Part shown: positions 23,843-37,564 of the stretch, piece by piece | Layout: every line of letters starts with the position of its first letter | Numbering within the stretch: the first letter of the stretch is position 1 | Source of the DNA: Octopus sinensis | Taxonomy: Eukaryota | Direction: 5' to 3' | Assembly: GCF_006345805.1 (NCBI RefSeq) | Contig: NC_043004.1 | Coordinates: forward strand, 12,152,001 to 12,216,000 | Length of the DNA stretch: 64,000 bases | Notes under the pieces: model-generated | What the model saw: the letters and a program-made list of their open reading frames with translations, nothing else | What the model was told of the DNA's origin: nothing | Databases searched by the model: none | Position numbers and translations under genes: made by a program

Positions 23843-24075
23843 GTACGAGCTGGCAGAAACGTTAGCACGCCGGATGAAATGCTTAGCGGTATTTCGTCTG
23901 TCGTTACGTTGTGAGTTCAAATTCCGCCGAGGTTGACTTTGCCTTTCATCCTTTCGGGGTCAATAAATTAAGTACCAGTTCCGCACTGGGGTCAATGTAA
24001 TCGACTTAATACCTATGTCTGTCCTTGTTTGTCCCCTCTGTGTTTAGCCCCTTGTGGGTAATAAAGAAATAGGTA
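23843..24075 (+). mobile_element. Full-length family B SINE
   Basis: Near-consensus head, core and GGGTAATAAAGAAATA tail. Confidence 0.85.
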
Positions 24076-25299
24076 ATGATCTCTAACAACAATAACGTCA
24101 AATAATAAATAATATTGAACAACAAACACTCTGGATATGCTTATATGGAGAACAGGAATACAAATGACACTGAGATGAGTTGGGTTTTTTTCCTTCTCAA
24201 CGATCATGAGGCATCTCAAGACATGTCAAAAAGCCCGACCATGCATTCATGCTAATGGCACATAGACTAAGAGACTTGCTTGAGGTGCCATGCAGTGGAA
24301 CTGAACCCAAAACCATGTGGTTGGGAAGTAATCTTCTTACCACACAGCCATGCTTGCACCTGTTTATATATATATATATATATAAAACTTATCTGGAAGA
24401 GGATGCGTGGCATTCAATCATATGATAATATAAATAATAAAAATGATAATATATATATATGCATATATACATATGTATATGTACATAGCTACATCTATAC
24501 GTATATATAGAAGCATACATAGGCACAGGACATCATGAAATGTGTACAACAAAGAATTACAAGTGCATAGAATATGAACTATTCTTTCGATTTTTGTGGA
24601 GCAACAAAATAGGTAGCACAAACAGGACAGTGAAAACAAACAGGAAGGGCTGCTAAGCCTAAATGAGTTTGTGGTGGTGAACGCGTAAATCAAGCTTGGA
24701 CAGGAGACAGACAAGAACATGTTTTTCTTGTTCCAGCTAGAACAGAGAGAAAAAAAAGAAACACAAGTTATATATATATATATACACGTACATACATACA
24801 CACATATGCATATACATACAGCCACACACCCACATATATGAACATACATTTAGAGATATCTTCTGCTGAAAACCCAAAAACTGTGATCAAGTTTTTTATC
24901 TTCTTCCCTGAGATTTCTTCCCATCACCACCACCACCACCATTACTATAATTCTTTCTTAGTTGTTTACAGTTTGTTTGCAACCCTAAAATTTCTGCAGA
25001 CCTCAACATTGATGATGTATATGCAAGAAACTTTACTATTCCATCCAAACCGTAAACAACTTGAAAGGAATTATTCGAGAAAATTTTACTTCATAAAGCT
25101 GATAAAACTTAAGCAGAGCAAACAGAGTTGTCATGTTTTTATTGTATTTTTAAAAGGCAATCAGACCACTGTATACAAATCATTGTGTGTATGGAAGTGT
25201 GTGTTTGTGTATTTGTATATATACGTGTGTGTGTATGTGTGTGTGTGTTTGCTACCCAATATTGTAAACAGCACAGGTGGACCTAAAGCTAAAATCAAA

Positions 25300-25579
25300 G
25301 TGCGTATCTATGTATGTGTGTGTGAATGTATGTGTGCATCTGTATGGATTGATGTGTGTGTGATCTGCGTATAGATGTGTGTGTGTATATGTGCATAAAT
25401 GTGTATATGTATGTTATGTATGCAAATGTGTGTATATATATATATATATATAATATATATATATATATATAATATATATATATATATTATATATATATAT
25501 ATATTATATATATATATATACATATATGTATATATATATCTATATATATATATATATATATAATATATATATATATACA

Positions 25580-25625
<46 letters not shown>

Positions 25626-25790
25626 ATATACATATATGTGTATGTATATATCAGTGTATATATGTGTGTATGTATATATCAGTGTATATATGTGTGTATG
25701 TCTATGTATGTGTATAGATGGTGTGTATGGGGATCTGTGTTTGTATAGGTATGTGTGTGTATGTATATATCAGTGTGTTTAGGTATGTGT
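25300..25790. repeat. Compound (TG)n/(TA)n microsatellite
   Basis: Direct inspection. Confidence 0.95.
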
Positions 25791-26544
25791 TTCTGTGTGT
25801 GTATACGTCATCATTATTTAACATCCATTTTCCATACTGTGTTGCCTGCATTTGTGTGTGTGTGTGTGCGTGCGCATGCACAGATAGATAGATCGGTAGA
25901 CTGTTACACAGATAGTTTGATAGACAGTTGTATAAGTAATTATATAGGTGATCTAAGTGTGTGTGTGTATGGGTTTGTATGTATGTGGATATGTAGGAAA
26001 CTGGGTAGGTAGATAGGTTGATAAACAAAGAACTGAATTCTCCTTGGAAAAAGAAGTTTGGATTTCCATTCATCTGTTCCATATTTCCTTGTTGATCCAG
26101 TGCATAACAGATGTTTCTTTTTCTTGCCTTACCAAATGATGAAAGGTGGAGGCGTGTATGTGTGGTAGGGGCAGGTCAATTCAGATGGGAGACACCCAGT
26201 GTTGGAAGGTTTACCGATATAAAACCATATTTATGGAGTCAAAGATTAGCTATAAGTGCATTCAGCCGAAAAGTTAACTCTAATGCTGTTTCCATTCTCT
26301 TTTAGAACTTGGGGGGGGGGAAGAAAGAATGCTCTTTGTCAGGTTGTGGAGGGATGCACTTGTGGTTAGAGATGACATTTTGAGCAAAATATTATTCGCC
26401 CTTTGTTGTCCCTATGGATACAACTGTGATAGCAATTAAAACAAGGTGGGTCGGGCTGAGGTCAGAGAAGGAGAGTTTAAAAGGTTATGCCTACCCTTGA
26501 GTCATAAAAAGAAGATGGTGAAGAATTTTGATTTATTTATTCAT

Positions 26545-26553
26545 TATTATTAC

Positions 26554-26611
<58 letters not shown>

Positions 26612-27100
26612 TCATATTCGCACAATAGATTAGACTGTTGAGAAGAAAACAAGTTCCTAATATCAGGCTACAAGTAACCTTAGATGCCAAGAACCTTCCT
26701 AAGTATCCTAGCTGTCCCTAATATCACTGTTTTATGAAGCTGCACTAAACTAGGTTTTATGCCTATTTCTGCTACTACTACAACTAGTACTACTACTACT
26801 ACTACTATTATCATCATCATCATCATCATCATCACCAACATTATTATTATTGATATTATTTATTATTATTATTATTATTGTCAAGGTAGCAAGCGGACAG
26901 GGTCATTAGGAAGTTGGACAAAATGCTTAGCAGTAGTACATCCGTCTTTACATTCTGAGTTCAAATTCTGCTGAGACCAACTTTGCTTTTCATCCTTTCG
27001 AGGTCAATAAAATAATTACCAGTCAAATACTGGGATCAATGTAATTGACTAACCTCCTTCCCCAAAATTCCAGGCCTTGTGCCTATAGTAGAAAGGATTA
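26545..27100 (+). repeat. (TAT)n, (CTA)n and (CAT)n tracts followed by a family B SINE (26880-27100)
   Basis: Direct inspection; family B core at about 26975-27050. Confidence 0.8.
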
Positions 27101-27595
27101 TTATTATTATTATCATCATTTGCTGCTGACCTCTTGTCAGACATTAGGAGGAATTTTGTTTGATGTTTCCCAAGTGTAACTAAAGGAAGTAATTACCATT
27201 TTGGATTTTGTTTCATGCAGGAACCTTTATTGAACATTTTCAAATGTCTGCCCTTTACTGGGGTTAAACAACAAAGTTTTGTTTGTTTACTTTTGTTTTG
27301 TTGTTTTTTTCAATATTTCCATTTTATTCTATCATCAAATGTTAAAGCAAGAAAATTGCTTATCTTTCCTCAGATTCACCTCTTGGAAAGATTATTCTAA
27401 AGAAAGAAAATATAACCATCAACAAAAGAAAGCAAAAATGTAAGAAAAAATAGTTAAAAAATCAGAAACAAATGGTAGAAACTGAAAACTGAAGAACAAA
27501 ACAATAATGTTTATGTTTGATAATAGTTACAGCAGTATACATGCATTTATTGTATCAGGTGTAAATATGAATAGAGAAAAACTGTCCTTTGCAAG

Positions 27596-28042
27596 CATTC
27601 TTTTGAATACAAGAATATCTTAAGCGTGGAACATTTTGCTGAAAGAATGAAATCCTGCCAATATTTTGTCCACAAGATAGATGTCAGCATTCTTTTGAAT
27701 ATAAGAATATCTTTAGTGTGGACCATTTTGTTGAAAGAATGAAAGCCTGCCAACATTTTGTCCACAAGATAGATGTCAGCATTCCTTTGAATACAAGAAT
27801 ATCTTAAGCGTGGTACATTTTGCTGAAAGAATGAAAGCCTGGCAACATTTTGTCCACAAGATGAATATCGGCATTCTTTTGAATACAAGAATATCGTAAG
27901 TGTGGACTATTTTGGTGAAAGAATGAAAGCCTGCCAACATTTTGTCCACAAGATAGATGTCAGCATTCTTTTGAATACAAGACTATCTTAAGTGTGGAAC
28001 ATTTTGTTGAACGAATGAAAGCTTCCACAAGATATGTATCAG
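27596..28042. repeat. 92-bp tandem repeat, about 4.7 copies
   Basis: CATTC(T/C)TTTGAATA anchor at 27596, 27688, 27780, 27872 and 27964 (exact 92-bp period). Confidence 0.95.
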
Positions 28043-28099
28043 CACACCATACCACACAAGAGAGGCACACAAGAGACAGAAGATGGCTTAGTTGTGAGT

Positions 28100-28350
28100 T
28101 TCAAGAAATGGGGTCTTTTGTTGTTCCATCTAAGGAACACTTGGAAACAGCTCTGGCAGATATTTTAAACGAAATCCTCTTTAATGAGAGAGTGAGAGCA
28201 TATGGCACCATATGTGTTCTCTTTAAAACAGAAGATGACACTAAAGCACAAGACCAGATTGTGCCTGAAAGCTTGTCTATGGGTACATTGGGAGGAGGAA
28301 TGCAAGAATCATCATTAAGCACATTGACGATGATGTCAGCTCCTAAATAA
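28100..28350 (+). mobile_element. Possible degenerate LINE ORF1 (RRM-like) fragment
   Basis: FVVPSKEHLETAL...RVRAYGTICVLFKTED, and after a frameshift GYIGRRNARIIIKHID; pattern recalled from L1/Tx1-type ORF1s, unverified. Confidence 0.3.
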
Positions 28351-28389
28351 GTCATCTTTATGTCATGACATGAGCAGAGGGTTCGTGTT

Positions 28390-29130
28390 TTTTATTAATG
28401 ATTTTATAAGAGTTTCCAATTTCTTGTCACAGTTCTTAGCATCTTTATTGAACTCTTCAAGATCTTTTATGCTACAGGGTTTAGATGCTAAAGGCCACAG
28501 CTCCATAGTACAGTCTGCTTCTTCATACATACTGGTGGTTCAGTCTTGTATCTCATCTGACCAAAACAATTTTTGATCACCTTTTTTCATTTTCAGACAG
28601 TTAAGTGTCTCCCTCTGAATCCATAGTTATTCTGAGTCAGGAGAGAGGTCTTCAGTAGGGAGATTTCCATGCCAATTGAAGGAGGTGTCATTCTCAAGCT
28701 TTTCCATCCAGATCTGGAGTCTGGTTTCGTCCCAAGATGTTGTTAAGGGCTGGGTCTGATTGAGGAAGCTTCTTAGTGACTTCGGTTGTTGAGCCAAGGA
28801 TTGACATTCATGGCAGAGTTGGCATTCAGCATTAGTGGTGCTTTTCATCTTGACTCAACTGGTCTCTTCCCATCTGAAACCAGCAAGGGCAATGCCAGTA
28901 AGAAGATGCAGGTTGTTTGTGGTTGTCCGTTTCGTGCAACCAGGGATCAGGTGGCAGGTTTTCTTCAGCATTGAGCCAAGTTTCTTTGCATGATTTGATC
29001 TTTCCCAGAGAGGACACACATACCCTACAGAGAAATAGCCCAAGGCCTGGGCAATAGATCTCATTGACTGCTCAGGTTCCCCATTTTGGTGTCAACAAGT
29101 TTCTGTTGGATGTTTTTTAAGAATTATAAA
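28390..29130 (-). mobile_element. Degenerate Ingi/Vingi-type (I-group) LINE, post-RT C-terminal region
   Basis: Pieces KWG..RSIAQALGYFSVGYVCPLWERSNHAKKL, GCTKRTTTNNLHLLTGIA, KSLRSFL, W..RETLNCL and C...QTV...CSIKDL follow the order of the Ingi/Vingi ALAL.YS.AEY..PVW.RS.H ... LNRLRT ... zinc-finger tail. Confidence 0.7.
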
Positions 29131-29289
29131 ATGGTGGCTGATAGTCCATTGCCTGAAACCTAGAATTTTGCATTCATTGATGATTCTGTCTCTTTAAATA
29201 AATTAAGCTATTTTCATAGAATCTCCCAATCAGTTGAAGTGGAAACTGTTGTTGTTGTCGCTAAGCCCCAGGTCACCCTGATCAAGCTC

Positions 29290-29780
29290 TCATCATCATC
29301 ATCATCATCATTTCACATCCATTGTTCATACTGGCATGGGTTAGTTGTTTGACTGGGCTGGCGTGCTGGAAGGCTGTGCAAGGCTCCAGTCTGATTTTCC
29401 ATGGTTTTCTACAGCTGGATGCCCTTCTTAGCATCAACCATTCTGAAATTTGTAATGGGTGCTTTTACATGCCACTGACACAGGTGCCATTTGCCTGACA
29501 CCAGTATCTGCCATGACTGTCATTTTGCTTGGCTTGATGGGTCTTCTCAAGCACGACATAGTGCCAAAGGTCTTGGTCATTGCCTCCGTGAGACCCAACA
29601 CTTGAAAGGAACTTAGCCACTTTGCCTCCATGAGGTCCAATGCTTAAAAGGAACTCAGCCACCTCGGTCTGTGAGGCCCAACACTCGAAAGGAACTCAGC
29701 CACTTCGTCTCCATGCAACCCAATGCTTGAAAGAAACTCAGCCACTTTGCCTCCATAGGGCCCAATGCTTACTCAAAACC
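29290..29780 (-). mobile_element. Family C element whose 5' part is a 42-bp minisatellite (29581-29770)
   Basis: Units at 29581, 29623, 29665, 29706 and 29748; reverse translation LGLTEAMT is RTE-like. Confidence 0.75.
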
Positions 29781-31953
29781 ATTGCAGCTATGATTATCTT
29801 CTTTTTTTCCATAATCTGTTAACCCCAACATACTTTCTCAAAAGTGTCCATTTCAAAAAAAAAAAAAATACACTAGGGTATAAGGTGAAGGGTTTTTATG
29901 GAAAGGGGCCCTCACTACCTTGATGCGAGGCTGCAGATCATAGTTGAAAAAAATGGTGTTTTATAATTTAACCGGAGCGGATTATGTAAAAGATACTGCA
30001 AGTGAAAGATACCAAGCTCGTGTTTATACAAGTATAAAATCACCTGCAACACAGACAGTTGTGTGATTTGCTCCATTTATAAAATGTTCATAGGTTGTTG
30101 TTGCTTTTTCTCTCTCTCTCTCTCTCTCGTTGTCACCCACAGTGATTTGTATTGTATTTTTACTAAGGGTATTTAATTATAGTTACAAGTTAAGAAAGAA
30201 AGAAAAATCAATTATTTTTTTTTTTAAATAGTGTTTGTTTTCTTTCATGTCATATTTGATTCTAATTTAGTTGGCTTTTATAAATGTTCCAAGTATTAAA
30301 TATGCCAACAGTCATTTAACAATTCTTGATCATACAGTTGATAACATCTCAAAATTATTAAATTTTCAACCAATTCTTATTCTCTATGCCCTCCTCCCAC
30401 CTCCCAGAACATACAGTTCTGCTAATAAGACTTTATTTACGATGTATCTGGAAGCTAATTCAGCTATAAATAATAGTTTATAATATAGTAAATTAAAAAA
30501 AAATCCTTTGATGGAAAAAAAAGCAGGAAAGTTGCCTGTAGGACACAAACCAGCACTTTTCTATAGCCGAGGTAGACATGGTACCAATTATACATCAACC
30601 TTCTGACTTCATTTTTACTTCAAATTAAATGCTTTAATCTTGCAAGTGAGAAAGTTTGTTTACAGTTAGAGTGCAAATGTTGTAGTGTTGAAAACTGTGT
30701 AAATAAGTTTGATAATAGTTACCTTGGTAAGTTACAGTAGTGCTAGAACTCTGTTAATGATCTTCAGCAACAGTGAAACCTGACTGAAGTTGTCTCCACC
30801 ACTTGTCAAGGAAAACATAATGCCTAAATTGTGAAAAAATATATATTGGCCAGACTGGAAATCCATTATCAAAATGAATGTGAATGCATGGGCAACAAGT
30901 AAGGAATCCAAATATCAGACCAATCCTTTTAAGCACTCAATAAATTTCTTAATATTTCTACGTTTCACTGGAAAACTAGTACAATATTTAAACCTTTTGG
31001 AGACAGAGCTTCATTTGGAGTTTCAACGCCAAGAAGACAGAACTCTTTTCACAAGCCCTACAAAGGGCATGCATTGATTCTTCAAAATAAAATTAGAAAA
31101 AATAAAATAATTACTTTACATATATAAAATACTATATATTCATGTAGGAAATTGTGTGATCTAATTCAGTCATCTTTGTCATTGAACATTTTGGTTGATA
31201 GATCAACCCTGACATCTAAGAGTTAAGTATCAACTCTTTTTACTAAACACAACATTGTCATGTGAATGTAATTGCTATTTAAATGCAGATATTATTTAAA
31301 TAGTCACTTAGATACAGTTACGCTGTAAATATTTACCTAAACATAAAATGTTATAACATAAACTTGAGGATTGTTGAAAAATTATGAAAGTACTTGTGTG
31401 GAAATATAAACATGAACATATAGAAAATGTGAAGATCCAGCTATATTGGTATTTGTTTGACAAACATGTATGTTCATGTATTTATATATATCTATATCTA
31501 TATCTATATATATATGCATGTGTGTATATGTAATAAATGCCAGTATATACATATGTATGCATGTATGTATATGTGTGTGTATGCATGTATGTGTGTGTGT
31601 GCAAATATATGTGTGTGTATATATATATATTCTTTTACTTGTTTCAGTCACGTGATTGCCGCCATGCTGAGGCATCACCTTTAGTTGTGCAAATCGACCC
31701 AGGACTTATTTTTTGTAACCCTAGTACTTATTCTATCGGCCTCTTTTGCTGAACCTCCAAGTTATAGGGACATAAACATACCAACACTGGTTGTCAAACA
31801 GTAATAGGGGCACACACACAAAGACACACACACACATGCACACACAAAACAAGGGAGTCAGAGAAAGGCAGAATGCCACTTATATTTGAACACTATACAA
31901 ATATTCCTTTAAAAAAACTTTTCTTCTAATTTTTCTAAATTTAATTATTTAAT

Positions 31954-32001
31954 CGTTACAGTTGAAAAGGTCTCAAAATGACTGAAACCGGTACTGAAAT
32001 G
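31954..32001 (+). ncRNA. Type-I hammerhead ribozyme with compensatory U3-A8 core
   Basis: CGUUACAG UUGAAAA GGUC UCAAAAU GACU GAA ACCGGU A CUGAAAUG: stem I 7 of 8 paired, stem II 4 bp, palindromic stem III, GUA cleavage triplet. Confidence 0.65.
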
Positions 32002-32044
32002 TTCTTTATAAAATTATTTTAGCATTTTCTATTTTGACTTGTTT

Positions 32045-32082
<38 letters not shown>

Positions 32083-32336
32083 CACACATATATAATGACA
32101 GGCTTCTTTCAGTTTCTGCCTACCAAATCCACTCACAGGGCTTTGATTGGCCCAAGGCTATAGTAGAAGACACTTACCCAAGGTGCGATAGAATGGGACT
32201 GAACCTGGAACCACGTGGTTGGTAAGCAAGCTGCTTACCACACAGCTACAGTATATATATATATGCATACATATGTATATATTTGTGTTTGTTTCTGTGT
32301 TTGTCCCCTACCACCATCACTTGACAACTGTTTTGA

Positions 32337-32620
32337 AGTTGAGGAAATCTGTGGAAGAGATAGACCCAGGAAGACCTGGGACGAAGGGGTGAAGCAGGAC
32401 CTTCAAACCTTAGGCCTCACCAAGGAAATTACTAGTGACTGAGACTTTTGAATATGCCACGCGTGAGAAGACCCATAATCTCGTGGCCTATGCCAGGGGC
32501 GTAACCAGCCCACTATGCGTACCTTTTTCTTCTTTGGACACTAAAACTCTGCTTGCGAAGACCTGGTGAGGCAAGTGAAATCAAAATCAAAATCAAATTC
32601 GATGACTGGCATCCATGCTA
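32337..32620 (+). mobile_element. RTE-clade LINE 3' end
   Basis: VEEICGRDRPRKTWDEGVKQDLQTLGLTKEITSD; homologous to 41501-41682. Confidence 0.8.
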
Positions 32621-32679
32621 GCAGGATGCAAAGAACACCATACAAGTGTCATCATTAACAGAGCGGCTAACTGGCTTCC

Positions 32680-33245
32680 ATGCCAGTGGCACATAAAAGC
32701 ACCCACTACACTCTTGGACTGGTTGGCGTTAGGAAGGGATCCAGCTGTAGAAACTCTGCCAGATCAAGATTGAAGCCTGGTGCAGCCATCAGTCAAATCG
32801 TCCAACCCATGCTAGCATGGAAAGCGGACATTAAACAATGTCATTTAATGTCCTCTTTCCATGCTGGCATGGGTTGGACTGTTTGACTGAGGACTGGCAA
32901 GCTAGGAGGCTGCTTGAGGCTCCACTACTGGATGCCCTTCCTAACACCAACCACTGCAAGAGTGTAGTGGGTGCTTTTTATGTGTCATTGGCAGGGGAGC
33001 TGGTCAGGGGACACTGGCATCAGCCACATTCAGATGGTGCCTTTTACATGCCACTGGAACAGGAGCCAGTCAAATGGCACTGGCATTGACCACGTTCGCA
33101 TAGTGCTTTTTACATACCACTGGCATGGGGAGCCAGTCAGGTGGCACTAGCATCGACCCATGCTCAAATGGTGCTTATTATGTACCACCAGCAGGGGTGG
33201 CACTGGCCACAGCTATGATTTCGATTGAGTCAACAGGTCTTCTCA
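32680..33245. mobile_element. Tail-to-tail pair of family C elements; minus copy has an internal ~50-bp VNTR
   Basis: GGACATTAAA-CAATGTCA-TTTAATGTCC junction near 32840; repeated GTGCTTTT(T)ACATGCCAC units at 32970-33190. Confidence 0.75.
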
Positions 33246-33247
33246 AG

Positions 33248-33285
<38 letters not shown>

Positions 33286-33416
33286 GATAGATAGATAGAT
33301 AGATGTATGTATATTTATATATGTATATATGTATATATATACATATATATACATATATATATGTATATATATGTGTATGTGGGTGTGTGTGTATATGTGT
33401 ATGTATATATGTGTGC

Positions 33417-33446
<30 letters not shown>

Positions 33447-33448
<2 letters not shown>

Positions 33449-33740
33449 GGTGCAGGAGTGGCTGTGTGGTAAGTAGCTTGCTTACCAACCACATGGTTCC
33501 GGGTTCAGTCCCACTGTGTGGCACCTAGGATAAGTAGCTTCTACTATAGCCTCAGGCTGATTATGACTTGATAACTGATGTTCATGCCTTTACATCCGTA
33601 ACCTAGCAGTTCAGCAAAAGAGACCGGTAGTGTAAGTAGTAGGCATACAGAGAATAAGTTCTGGGTTCAATTTGTTCGACTGAAAGATGGTGCTCCAGCA
33701 TGGCTGCAGTCAAATGATTTAAACAAATAAAAGAATATAT
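33447..33740 (+). mobile_element. Family A SINE with internal deletion
   Basis: Head and tail present; central microsatellite region missing. Confidence 0.75.
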
Positions 33741-33977
33741 ATATGTGTATATATATATACACATATATATATATATACATAGTTCAAATTTACGGAAAAC
33801 AAAAGACAAAGACAGGTGAGGTAACAGCAAACAGGTGTATTAGGTTGATGCTCAGAAGAATAGAAAAGTCATCGGCATTTAAAGCTATGTTCTTTCAATA
33901 GAAAAGAGGGAAAAAAAATAAATGCATAGGGATTAATGGTTTAACATGATGAATGAATGTACATGTATGTATGTATG

Positions 33978-34015
<38 letters not shown>

Positions 34016-35999
34016 TATATATATATATATACACACCTGTGTGTGTGTGCATGTAACTCCGAATATATCACACCTTCCCATTGTCTATCCACTCAACAGG
34101 TGGGAAAAGTATTTCCTAATTCTTCCACATTCGACATGTAATAAGTTCTATGTGCTGTTCACTTCTTTCATTGTTACATTGAAATTTTTGCCTTTCTTCT
34201 GTTGTCTGTGTCTGCGGATGTCAGGGAGTGTGTGTATGTATGAGGGTGTTAATATGTGTGTGTGTGTGTGTGTGTGTGCATGTGTATTTTTTTTATCCTA
34301 TCCTTTCGCACTTTTTTTTTATTTTTGTTTGGTCTCTTGCCATAAGTTTCCTTTTGGCATTTGCCATTAAAAGCTAAATGGCACTGTGTAAAGAATTGGT
34401 GAACTTGCTTTTCTACAGATTCTTTTCTATTAAGCTTCAATTTGGAAACTAATCAAAAATCAAAAAATCAAAAAGAAAAAGAAAAGGAAAGAAAAAGTGA
34501 GAAAAAGAGAGAGAGAGAGAGAGAAAATAGAAAAATATGTTCTTGCCTTGACATTAAAAGCGCTAGTTTTGGTTAGGGGTGAGTGTTGGCAGTACTTTCG
34601 TTATCTACATGTTTGCTCTTGTTCTTCTTAACTCTAATGTTTTAGTAAGTTAAGCAAATTTTTATAACTTCCTGCAATCATATCAACATCATCATCATCA
34701 TCACCATCATCACAAACATTGTCATCAACATCATCATCGCCATTATAGTTAGTATTATACATCCATTTTCCTGTGTTTGCATGGGTTGGACAGGTCTTAC
34801 CCTACACAGTATCTTCCCATTTGTAGAAATCCATTTTTTTTCCCTATATTTTCTTTCTGAGGTTCAGCATTTCTTAGGATTAGCTTTTGCCACTTCTTCC
34901 CAAAGAGTGCTGGGAATAATTTATGATCAATAAAATCCTCAATATTGAATTTCATCATCATCATCATCATCGTCATCATCATCGTCATTGAACATCAATT
35001 TTCTATGCTATCATAAGTTGGGTGGCTTGACATGCTCTGGCAAGGCTAGAGGCCACACAAGTTTCTGTAGTCTGTTTTGGCTTGGTCCCTATGTTTGGAT
35101 GCCCTTCGTAATACCAAGTACTCCAATCGTATACTAGATGGTTTTTTACATGCCACCACCATAATGCTTTTTACATGGCACCAACACCCACACAAGTTTA
35201 ACATTATGTGATAGCAAATCATAGAAGTTTTAACAATATCATAATATACTTAATTCCTATGTATAAATTTACATCTGATATTTCAATGCCTAAACCTCAA
35301 TTTCCATCTCTAATCACCTTTCACAGTCTTTTCACACTCTTCAGCATTCACTTATCCACTCACATTCACTCTTCCTTTATCCCTGGTCCTTCTTTCTCAT
35401 ATTTACCTTTTCTCTTGTGGGTACACCTACATCATCTCTCTTTCTTTTGCTTTCCAGCTGGGCAAAGTGAGCGGTTACTTGTTCCTATCCTCCTATATTA
35501 AATTCACAACATTCAGTTATATACCCCACTCAACTGAGTGGGTCATGTTTGGCCAGCACTCAGTTACCTCACCAGTGCTGGTGCCACAAAAGAAAGCACC
35601 CAGTACGCTCTGTAAAGTGGTTGGTAATAGAAAGGGTATCCATCCATAGAAACCATGTTAAAACTGACACTGGGCCTTGGTCAGTTCTTTTGTTTGTCGG
35701 TACTTGTCGAACCATCCAGCTTATACCACTATGGAAAAAGGGACGTCAATAGAGATGGTGATGGTGATGATGATTCTACCATTAGTAAACCAACCAAAGT
35801 TATTCATGTTTTTGATGGAATTCGCTGTAATTTATCACGTAACTGCCATTATAGCAATTTAATTTGAAAATGACGTTGTGAAAGTCTTGGAACATCAGAC
35901 TAATGGATTTAAGAAGATTATTCTACTAAACCAAACATTAAGGACTAATAAGCAGACATGAAAAATCCTAAGTACAAAAATGTAAGAATGCATGTGTGT

Positions 36000-36690
<691 letters not shown>

Positions 36691-37212
36691 ATACAGGCAT
36701 ACTGTGTTTGTTCTGCAGCATATATGTCTAGGTATTGATCTGTGTTTTGTAAAGTTATTAGTACCAAGTCATTATGGCATAATAGAAAAAAAAGTCTCGA
36801 TACATCTCGAAACATGCTTTCGGCGGCTAATTGAATATATTCTGGATTTTACAGTCTTCTCCTGAATGAAACAAGATGGATGATAAACGAAAGAAAATAT
36901 TTGAAGTCCTAGATTACCCCAACACACACATGCACACATTTACACGCACATGCACTCACTCATACGCATGCATAGATGCATATTTACACACATGTACATC
37001 CAGATTCGCTTGTAGTATATACTTGTGTATATGTGTATTTGTACATGTGCATAAATATAATGCATAAATATATGTGTGTGTCTGTATATAAGTATATATA
37101 TATATGTGTGTGTATATATATATATATATATATGTGTGTGTGAGTGTTATATATATGTGTGTGTGAGTGTTATATATATGTGTGTGTGTGTGTATATATA
37201 TGTATATATATG

Positions 37213-37252
<40 letters not shown>

Positions 37253-37255
<3 letters not shown>

Positions 37256-37564
37256 GAGGCGCAATGGCCCACTGGTTAGGCAGCGGACTCGTGGTCGTAG
37301 GATCGCAGTTTCGATTCCCAGACCGATCGTTGTGAGTGTTTATTGAGCGAAAACACCTAAAGCTCCACGAAGCTCCGGCAGGGGGTGGTGGCGATCCCTG
37401 CTGTACTCTTTCATCACAACTTTCTTTCACTCTTTCTTCTGTTGGCCTGCTCGCTTAGCCAGCGGGGTGGCGTCATTTGAAGGCTAAAACAATGTGAAGT
37501 GCATTGTGACCAGCGATGTGTAGCAACATCTGATAGCCTGGTCGGTCACGGTGATCATGGTGAT
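37253..37564 (+). mobile_element. tRNA-derived SINE, family E, inserted in (TA)n
   Basis: GGAGGCGCAATGGCCCA(C)TGGTTAG...GTTTCGATTCCC head; ends GGTCACGGTGAT; second copy at 63078-63378. Confidence 0.85.

Noticed and set aside
27596-28042. CRISPR-like appearance of the 92-bp and 44945-45498 arrays
   Set aside because: Contiguous tandem units with no unique spacers, no cas genes, and a eukaryotic context.
37253-37330. tRNA-like heads (also 21872, 23843, 55615, 63078)
   Set aside because: A/B boxes are present, but there is no complete cloverleaf and each continues into a SINE body.
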